This document shows, in pieces, positions 1-5,710 of a stretch of DNA of 5,710 nt. The DNA comes from Vitrella brassicaformis CCMP3155. Lineage: Eukaryota; Protista; Chromerida. Positions within the stretch are counted from its first letter, which is position 1; every line of letters begins with the position of its first letter. Under the pieces are notes generated by a model, which was not told where the DNA came from, did not search any database, and saw nothing but the letters and a program-made list of their open reading frames with translations. The DNA is taken from positions 1 to 5,710 of the forward strand of contig CDMY01001031.1 in the NCBI GenBank assembly GCA_001179505.1. The letters are read 5' to 3'. A program made the position numbers and the translations under genes.

Positions 1-77
1 ACACCCACCCCATTCTCAGCCCGCGGCCCCACCCTCCATCCCACTCTCCCTTCCTCCCTCTGTGCACCCATCATTAC

Positions 78-521
78 CTGGGGTGCGTAGAGTTTGTCGA
101 GAGTGGGCCGTAGTTCCTCATACGCAGTGCGGCCTTGTGTGCTGAGCATGCTCTGGGCCACCTGCAAGCGACTGACGAGGACGCGCTGCCAGGAGATGAA
201 GCGGATCAGTTTGTCCAGGGCCTGAATCGCAGTTGGCGTGGTTGTGTTGGCTGAGGCCTCAAGGATCTGTATGGCGCCGTCCAGGTCCATCGAAGGAGAG
301 GGGACCTGAGGCTGCTGGAGGGATCTGCAGGAAGTGGCGATGGCCTTGTTGTTGATCTCTATCATGTGGCTGGTGAGCGCAGCCAGCTGCGGGCCCGTCA
401 GATGGTCATGAGCGAATTCAAGGGGCAAACCTGCGAACACACACGGACAGCAATGCGGCTGCGTGAGGGTGTTCTGTCGACGAGTACCCTTATTGCCACA
501 GGGACCGTAAAGGAACGCCAT
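78..521 (-). CDS. Gene A, hypothetical protein, 3' partial. Exons 521-488 and 430-78; intron 487-431 (57 nt); next intron starts at 77 and runs off the window. Translation: MAFLYGPCGNKGLPLEFAHDHLTGPQLAALTSHMIEINNKAIATSCRSLQQPQVPSPSMDLDGAIQILEASANTTTPTAIQALDKLIRFISWQRVLVSRLQVAQSMLSTQGRTAYEELRPTLDKLYAPQ (129 aa)
   Basis: Manual minus-strand translation. ATG at 521 in ccaccATGg context is the first in-frame Met after an upstream TGA. Donor G|GTACTC at 487 (phase 1) matches acceptor gtgttcgcAG|GT at 431. The 353-nt exon is stop-free with GC3-rich codons and ends at CAG|GTAATG (78/77). No family recognised. Additional upstream exons cannot be excluded. Confidence 0.75.
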
Positions 522-538
522 GGTGGGTCCGCCGGACA

Positions 539-574
539 CTATGCAGCCTATGCAGCCTATGCAGCCTATGCAGA
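539..574. repeat. 9-bp tandem repeat (CTATGCAGC) x4, last copy CTATGCAGA
   Basis: Read directly; lies 18 nt upstream of the gene A start codon and explains the AAYAAY/LHRLHR peptides in the ORF track. Confidence 0.95.
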
Positions 575-662
575 CTAGACACGTCACATATCCACACGAG
601 GCGGGCGCCAGCGTAGATCTCGTCGCTGCAGACAGAAGCCAATGGATGTGGTGCTGATAGAA

Positions 663-686
663 TCAAGGGATCGGTCAAGGGATCGG
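663..686. repeat. Exact 12-bp tandem duplication (TCAAGGGATCGG) x2
   Basis: Read directly at 663-674 and 675-686. Confidence 0.95.
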
Positions 687-780
687 GATTTAGCCTTCTT
701 GAGCACCAGGCGCAAATGAGTTTACATCCTCCGTCTGGGGGCGTCTCTTGGGGAAGCGTCTCCTGCACGCGTGACAAGGG

Positions 781-804
781 ATGGATGGATGGATGGATGG
801 ATGG
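781..804. repeat. (ATGG)6 microsatellite
   Basis: Six perfect ATGG units, read directly. Confidence 0.97.
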
Positions 805-937
805 CCGCGGAGAAGCGGACGGCTACAGCCTGACTGGCCGCAACGGGGACTCCTGCCTGAAGGTTGCTGTCCCTGATCTGTCCCACTATCTCCAAGGGGT
901 TGCGCAACGTCCTGACACACCGAGCTGGGCTGCCTGA
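797..937 (+). pseudogene. Probable frameshifted 5' part of the RING gene, or an overlapping uORF: MDGRGEADGYSLTGRNGDSCLKVAVPDLSHYLQGVAQRPD...
   Basis: Frame open from ATG 716 (also 785, 797) to TGA 935-937. Removing one AC from the ACACAC run at 915-920 joins ...VAQRPD to TELGCLMTNIDSEV..., in frame with the RING ORF. Inference only. Confidence 0.45.
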
Positions 938-1287
938 TGACCAACATCGACAGCGAGGTGACCCGGCTGATCCAGCTGCGATGCGCGGCGGCCGTGCAGC
1001 GTGCAGACACACAGAGGGCTGAGCAGGAGAGGGAGGACGCTTGCATGGCCTGCCTGTCGGAGTCACGCGCAGTGGTCTTGCCATATGGTGAGGGAGGGAG
1101 GCAGGGAGGGAGGAAGACCTGTGTGCGTGTGTTATGTGTATTCTGTATATATGTGTCATTAGGGTGCAAGTGCTACTGCGCGTCGTGTCATGCGCGCATC
1201 CTGGCGGGTCGTGGCGCAACTGGCGATGATGAAGAGGACGAGCCAGAGCCCACATCAAAGTGCCCATTCTGCTCAAAGCCGTTCTGA
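937..1287 (+). CDS. Gene B, RING-finger protein (IAP/zf-C3HC4_3-like spacing), putative E3 ubiquitin ligase or decayed copy. Exons 937-1087 and 1163-1287; 91 aa spliced
   Basis: Spliced translation: ...EREDA-CMAC-LSESRAVVLP-YGC-KCY-CASC-HARILAGRGATGDDEEDEPEPTSK-CPFC-SKPF*, preceded by a predicted helical segment (AAAVQRADTQRAEQERE). Donor G|GTGAGG at 1088 and acceptor tcattAG| at 1162 have compatible phase. Confidence 0.8.
   Translation: MTNIDSEVTRLIQLRCAAAVQRADTQRAEQEREDACMACLSESRAVVLPYGEGGRQGGRKTCVRVLCVFCIYVSLGCKCYCASCHARILAGRGATGDDEEDEPEPTSKCPFCSKPF
1088..1162 (+). other. 75-nt GT-AG intron, stop-free and in frame, containing a G-quadruplex motif
   Basis: Starts GTGAGG with a G-rich 5' half (GGG at 1092, 1096, 1104, 1108) and ends in a TG/TA-rich 3' half ...tcattAG. 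Its removal restores RING ligand spacing. Confidence 0.85.
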
Positions 1288-1429
1288 GCACAAAGGGCCT
1301 GAGTCGATACACACATAGACGGACTGGCGGGCATGGTAGTGAGGAGATCGGTTGTCATATTGCTGGTGGTCAATCGGTCGGTTAGAGGTATGTATATTCA
1401 CTTCTGGGCGTGATGGATTCGCGTCTCGT

Positions 1430-1445
1430 ATGGATGGATGGATGG
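1430..1445. repeat. (ATGG)4 microsatellite
   Basis: Read directly. Confidence 0.9.
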
Positions 1446-1542
1446 AACGAACTCTTGTCTGTACAGTCAATGCCGCGTGCCATCGCAGGTCACTCATACG
1501 TTGGTTGCACGCATAGCATGAAGCCCCGGGAGACGATGGTCG

Positions 1543-1566
1543 TTGATTCATTGATTCATTCATTCA
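1543..1566. repeat. (TTGATTCA)x2 followed by (TTCA)x2
   Basis: Read directly. Confidence 0.85.
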
Positions 1567-1590
1567 CTGACATGTCCACATATCGACATG

Positions 1591-1612
1591 CACCCCGTCC
1601 TCACCCCGTCCT
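1591..1612. repeat. Exact 11-bp tandem duplication (CACCCCGTCCT) x2
   Basis: Read directly at 1591-1601 and 1602-1612. Confidence 0.95.
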
Positions 1613-1680
1613 CTCACTTCCCCCCCTACACGCTCACAGACCCTAGTTAGTGTAGCCCTATCTATCGCCCCACAAACCGC

Positions 1681-1767
1681 TGGTCTGTGACTGTGGCTGT
1701 GCACCGTTGCAAGGCCGCGGCTCACTTGCCGCGGCCTGCAAAGGTTCACGGCCCTGATCACAGGTCA
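1681..1767 (+). other. 87-nt imperfect inverted repeat / RNA hairpin
   Basis: Arms 1681-1721 and 1728-1767 with loop TCACTT. Perfect 10-bp core AGGCCGCGGC/GCCGCGGCCT. By hand: 31 Watson-Crick pairs, 5 G-U pairs, 4 mismatches and 1 bulge over 41 left-arm positions. Confidence 0.8.
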
Positions 1768-1885
1768 ACGGGGGACGACAATTGAAATATCGCTGCTTTA
1801 TGCATTCCATCGAGGGGCCATCCATCATTCGACAAACAGCACACGCTACTCTCGTATCGACATGCACTCACTGAGCCCTCCCCAC

Positions 1886-3618
1886 TTACTCACACCAGAT
1901 CGGCACAAACCTCTGCCCCTCCCACCTGGCGCCGCATCGCTTGACTACCCCCAGATGCCCCCACGCAAAGGGCACTACACTACAGCCCTTCACCACCCGC
2001 AGGCCAAACCGCCTGCCCTCCTCCCGCATCGCACGCTGCACGATGTCATCCAGACACACCCGCCGACCACTCACACTGCCGACCACAAAGCACTCCCTCG
2101 CCAGCTGGTCCACCTGGCCCTCGTCAGCTATGACGTCGAGCGAGGCAGCCGAACCGACGAAATAGCTGACGATGGGGTTTAGGCGACGCGCCAGAGGGCA
2201 CTCGCCGTCTTGCACAGGGAAGTGCAGATCGACCGGCCGCGAGTCGACGAGAAAGGATGCGATCCGCCAGGCGAGAACGGGATCATTGATGGGGAAGGGG
2301 GGTGGGGGCGAGCCAGGGTCGGCAGGGAGGGGGCTGTCGAGGCTCTCGAGCACCCGTGCGATCGATCGAGCTGAGAGCAGCGCATCGTTGATGGTCTCCT
2401 TGACGAGAGGTGCCAGCTCCGTGTCGAGAAACCTCCGATATGCACTGCACATGCGGGATACCCCCTCGCTGTGATAGGGGTGGGGGATGAGGTCGGGGGA
2501 GTCCCTCAAAGTTGGCACTGCCCCATACTTCATCATCGTCCGCAGCATCCCATCGTCGATATGGTACACGTTGCGAGCCGCCAGCTTGAGCGGGGTCGAC
2601 CGCCGCCCATCCCGATCGTTGATCCGAGCAGCGCCTCCACGCTCGCACAGCCATGGAATCGTCGCCTTGTCGCTGCGAACTGCCTCAGCAGCACAGTGGA
2701 GGGGGCTGGACTCATGGTTGTCTTTGGCATCGACGACACGGCCGCCCCCCGTGCTGTACAGCAGCTCCAACAGCCGCCCCTGACACGACGCATCGCCCAA
2801 CGGCCGTCTGCAGAACAGATGGATGGGCTGTCGCTGCCTCTCGTCCAACTCGGTCACGAGGGCGGGCTCCATGCCGACCAGCCTCTCAGCCATCTGCAGC
2901 TTCTCGGTATCGTCACCGTGGCCGAGGGCGACTTGATGCAGCAGCCTCTGACCCCCGAGGACGTGCCTTGCCGAGTAGTCGAGCAACACATTCGCCATGG
3001 AATAGTTGCCCTGACGACACCAGACAACCAGCAAATCGGCACATGACCTTCAATGATGAAACACCGCCTCTCTGCATACATACCTGTACAAGCGCCAGCT
3101 GCAGCGGGCTGCCTCGGTCAGGATCCGAGCCGCCAGCGAGGAGTGCCCTCGTCACGCCGGCCATGTGTGGTTTCTCCTCGTGATACTTGACGGCCAGCAT
3201 CACCAGCGTCATGTGCTCCGGTTGCTCCCGGCTGTGAGGCTCGCGGACACTCACAACGGTCGTGGCATCGGCTCCCTGGCTGACCAGCCGCCTGGCACCA
3301 GCTTCATCTACGTCACCAGATGCGACGCCAGAAATCAGCTGCCGTGTGGCGGTGGGCACGTTCGATGGAATGGCGACGATGATCTGATGCTGCCCGCCAT
3401 AGAGACCGAAAGCCACCTCGTTTGTGCGCCCAATGCCTCTTGGAGGGACTTGACGCTGCCCAGACCTGACAATGCAATCGGAGAGGAGACAATCGAGCGC
3501 AGGCGGCATGGGTGAGCCCCTTCTTGCCTTTGTTTTTCTCTGACCATTTCTGGAATCGTTGTGCTGCTGGGCTGCCCGCCTCACGCAGCAACAAGGCAAG
3601 CAGGTCAGGGATGTCCAT
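1886..3618 (-). CDS. Gene C, ankyrin-repeat protein, about 526 aa. Exons 3618-3545, 3465-3084, 3010-1886; introns 3544-3466 (79 nt) and 3083-3011 (73 nt). Alternative unspliced start at ATG 3509 gives 516 aa
   Basis: Phase-0 intron CAG|GTATGT...gtcgtcAG|GGC joins ORFs 2913..3599 and 1886..3034 into a clean ankyrin repeat (DPDRGSPLQLALVQ|GNYSMANVLLDYSA). Further repeats: QRQPIHLFC, DAKDNHESSPLHCAAEA, DRDGRRSTPLKLAA...MMKYGA. First intron TG|GTCAGA...cattgtcAG|G is phase-2 compatible and has the same purine-rich 5' / pyrimidine-rich 3' layout as the RING intron. Exon 1 is less certain than exons 2-3. TAA at 1888-1886. Confidence 0.88.
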
Positions 3619-4056
3619 CAAGGGCCACTTCCATCACGCTCGGAGGGCTTCGTGATGCCTTTCCTGCGTTTCTCCCAGGTGAGGGATTGGCTTCCAGCTC
3701 GCACTTCGAAGGCTGCTTTCAGGAACGACGACATTCGTCGCATGCATTCCTCTTTCTCTGCTGTCCTTTCAGTCATGAGTTGCCCGCCATCATCGGACCC
3801 GACGTCCTTGCGGATTTCGCAGCTGACGGACACCGGGGCGCACAGGTGAGGTGCATAGCAAACGAACAGAATGGACCGCGGGGCGGTCATACAGTCACTG
3901 GATGGCTTCCATTTCCGTGTCATCTCACCGCAGGTGCAAGGGGAGGGCCTCCCAAACATGCCACATGCACACCCATCGGTGCATCCATCATGGTGTGGAA
4001 ACTGGACAATCGTGCACGCACACGACAATCTCCAAGTTGAGCATGTGCGTGTCCAT
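3618..4056 (-). other. Candidate small spliced ORF upstream of gene C (exons 4056-4022 and 3822-3618; 79 aa): MDTHMLNLEIVV|CEIRKDVGSDDGGQLMTERTAEKEECMRRMSSFLKAAFEVRAGSQSLTWEKRRKGITKPSERDGSGP*
   Basis: Pyrimidine-rich acceptor ...tgtccgtcAG|C at 3823 and phase-compatible donor GT|GTGCGT at 4021. The frame of the second exon is stop-free from 4067 to 3621, and its TGA overlaps the gene C ATG. No homology recognised; an alternative donor G|GTGAGA at 3928 gives early stops. Confidence 0.35.
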
Positions 4057-4470
4057 GCTCGTGCAGGCTAATTCAGTGGACACAAGAGTCAGAATGAGCG
4101 GCTATCCAGGTACAGCAGAGCACACAGCACCTACACCTACAGCCCTTTGTGTCTGTTTTATCAGAGGCGTGCGGCCTGTGAGAGTGTTGTTCAGACGGAT
4201 GTGATGAGCTGTGGTGACTCAGAGTGACATACTGGCTATGGAGGAGAGAAGATTCGATGTGCGAGGACGGATAGGTCTTGTTGGTGCCTGTGGCTTTCTT
4301 CCTGGTGGCTTGTCATCGATGTGATGTGACCCATTCGATTGAGTCAGCGTAGCCTCACCGCAATGGGTACACACTACCGTACACACAGAAGTAACGACCG
4401 ACAGCCAGCTTTCATTCCATCCATCGCATGCAGTTCAAATGGGTGTACGGCACGCTCATGGCGACTGATG

Positions 4471-4488
4471 TCACTGCTCTCACTGCTC
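4471..4488. repeat. Exact 9-bp tandem duplication (TCACTGCTC) x2
   Basis: Read directly at 4471-4479 and 4480-4488. Confidence 0.92.
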
Positions 4489-4859
4489 TTTCGTCGTGGC
4501 TTCGGTGGCTAGCCTATCTGCCTGGCGCCCGGCCATGCCATCGCTGTGTTCCAGGTGTTGGAGTAGACAGGATCGGTGCTTTGCATGGGATGTCTGGACT
4601 GTCGATGTCAGTGTGAGTGAGGAGGTGCGTTTGTCGAGACGATGCAGCTCGTGAAGAGCTCCACCGAATGCCAAGGAAGGTGAAAACCATCACCATAGAC
4701 ACACATGCAAAACATGGCATCGGAATCGTCCATTGGATGCAAGTCAACAAGACACCCAAGTCGTTTCGGTCCACAGAGCCAGTTGTTCAAGTGGTTTGGC
4801 TTCGATCGTTCGCCATCAATGAGTGAAATGAGGCCCTGTGCACCGAACAGCCACTGCGG

Positions 4860-5110
4860 CATCATTTCACCGCCTGAAAAGTGAAAAGATCCCCCGAAGT
4901 GAGCGGATTTCGCGCAATCTGAGTCGTCTGGCTAACCTTTTGACCTTGGTCTGCCTTCTATGGCCTTCTCTTGTCCGCAGAAAGCGAAATGCACGTGCGG
5001 CGAGATTCTTCGCGAGGAGACGGCGACAAACCCGCAAACCCTGATTTGCGAATGAGAGACAGTTTTCCACAATTTCCGTCCGCGGTCGGCTTGCCAGCCT
5101 CATTTCACCC
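4860..5110. promoter_or_regulatory. Candidate promoter region upstream of gene D, with E2F-like TTTCGCGC (4908-4915) and palindromic GCACGTGC (4991-4998)
   Basis: Motifs read directly; the region is CpG-rich with short A/T runs, lacks the GT/ATGG microsatellites seen elsewhere, and sits between divergent genes C and D. Function is inferred only. Confidence 0.3.
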
Positions 5111-5234
5111 ACAGATCCTTCATTTCTCTTCCCTTTGAGCTGGTTTTCGGCTTGTGTGGTCCGCCTCACTCTGTTCCACCACTCCCAACTTGTCCGGATC
5201 TCATCCGCCACTTCCTTCCTCCACCGCCGTGCCC

Positions 5235-5252
5235 CGGGCGAGGCCTCGCCCG
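5235..5252. repeat. Perfect 18-bp palindrome CGGGCGAGGCCTCGCCCG
   Basis: Equals its own reverse complement, checked by hand. Confidence 0.95.
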
Positions 5253-5416
5253 ATAGTGCCCTGCCTTGTGTGAACCGGCCGGCGACTGCCTGGTGAGTTC
5301 CTGGCGTCAGCGTAGTGCGCGCGCCTTGCTTCTCCGTCAAACGACCTCCACCAGGTGAGCGCATAAGAGTTTGCCTTCTCGCGTCATGCCTCATGGCTGT
5401 GGTGATGGCGTGTCGT

Positions 5417-5642
5417 ATGGATGATCAGTGGAGATTAATGCATGGTGTGCTTCGATGCAGTGTGTGTTCTCATACGCCTCCCTTCGTCATATCTGTCCCT
5501 TTTTTAAGAGGTCTTTGAGGAGGGGGTTGTTCAGGACACGGCAGACGAGGAAGAGGAGGGGGCCAGCGAGGAGACGCCCTTCCAGCGGGCGTGGAGGGAG
5601 ACTTTTGAGAGAAACCAACGGCGCGAGCGGCTCAGACAGCAG
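5417..5642 (+). CDS. Gene D, hypothetical acidic/charged protein, 3' partial. Well-supported exon 5509-5642 ((E)VFEEGVVQDTADEEEEGASEETPFQRAWRETFERNQRRERLRQQ); candidate preceding exon ending at 5444 (MDDQWRLMH-E; start at 5393, 5417 or 5438)
   Basis: Strong polypyrimidine acceptor ctgtcccttttttaAG| at 5508 with an in-frame TAA just upstream; open GC3-rich frame to CAG|GTCAGC at 5642/5643. Donor G|GTGTGC at 5445 is phase-1 compatible (64-nt intron). Additional donors GTGAGT (5293) and CAG|GTGAGC (5355) suggest spliced 5' UTR exons. Start uncertain; not in the ORF track. Confidence 0.7.
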
Positions 5643-5710
5643 GTCAGCTGCACCCACAATGCCCCATTCGATTGGAAGCTCTCAACTTTCTAATGGTGTC
5701 CTGGTTGGCT

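Noticed and set aside
539-574. Possible CRISPR array
   Set aside because: Units are 9 bp and directly adjacent, with no spacers and no cas genes; the context is eukaryotic.
366-777. ORFs 366..578 (+) and 490..777 (-) with AAYAAY / LHRLHR repeats
   Set aside because: The peptide repeats are translations of the 9-bp DNA repeat; the spliced gene A model explains the region better.
863-924. An intron that would join the upstream ORF to the RING frame
   Set aside because: It needs a weak GTTGCT donor and a GAG acceptor with no pyrimidine tract; a frameshift or stop/start overlap is more parsimonious, though splicing is not excluded.
690-1373. Minus-strand ORFs 690..1169, 722..1312 and 1188..1373
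   Set aside because: Shadows of the RING gene, its intron and the ATGG microsatellite.
1742-1755. GGTTCACGGCCC resembling a tRNA T-loop / Pol III B-box
   Set aside because: It misses the GTTCRA consensus, and no cloverleaf or A-box could be built.
2291-2335. Plus-strand G-quadruplex-like G tracts
   Set aside because: Explained by the Pro-rich codons (PLPADPGSPPPPFP) of the ankyrin gene on the opposite strand.
2172-3515. Plus-strand ORFs 2172..2474, 2471..3046, 2487..2783, 2653..3183 and 3165..3515
   Set aside because: Antisense shadows of the GC-rich ankyrin CDS with no recognisable domains.
3719-3760. Minus-strand peptide QRKRNACDECRRS resembling the start of a Zn2Cys6 (GAL4-type) cluster
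   Set aside because: It is followed immediately by TGA; the next Cys is 9 rather than 6 residues away and the remaining three Cys are absent.
5131-5151. Peptide PFELVFG resembling a retroviral integrase C-terminal motif
   Set aside because: The frame stops at 5254-5256; there is no DDE core, zinc finger, RT or LTR nearby.
5293-5310. 18-nt intron that would extend the gene D frame upstream
   Set aside because: Far shorter than the 57-79-nt introns supported elsewhere in the window.

Overview
GC-rich eukaryotic nuclear DNA with short GT-AG introns, (ATGG)n/(GT)n-rich non-coding tracts and a compact gene arrangement. The ankyrin gene family and intron style resemble the chromerid alveolate Vitrella brassicaformis (from memory, not a database result). 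Gene models: (A) a minus-strand gene of unknown function starting near 521 and running off the left edge, missed by the ORF track; (B) a plus-strand RING-finger gene (937-1287) with a 75-nt in-frame intron, a degenerate zinc-ligand set and a probable frameshifted 5' part; (C) a three-exon minus-strand ankyrin-repeat gene (3618-1886, about 526 aa); (D) a plus-strand gene starting near 5400 and running off the right edge. Three things stand out. Both B and C begin at a TGATG stop/start overlap with a long upstream reading frame. The first exon of C resembles the C-terminal half of a viral/phage Bro-N domain. An 87-nt imperfect hairpin rich in G-U pairs lies between the convergent B and C. Most ORFs in the supplied track are antisense shadows or intron read-throughs.
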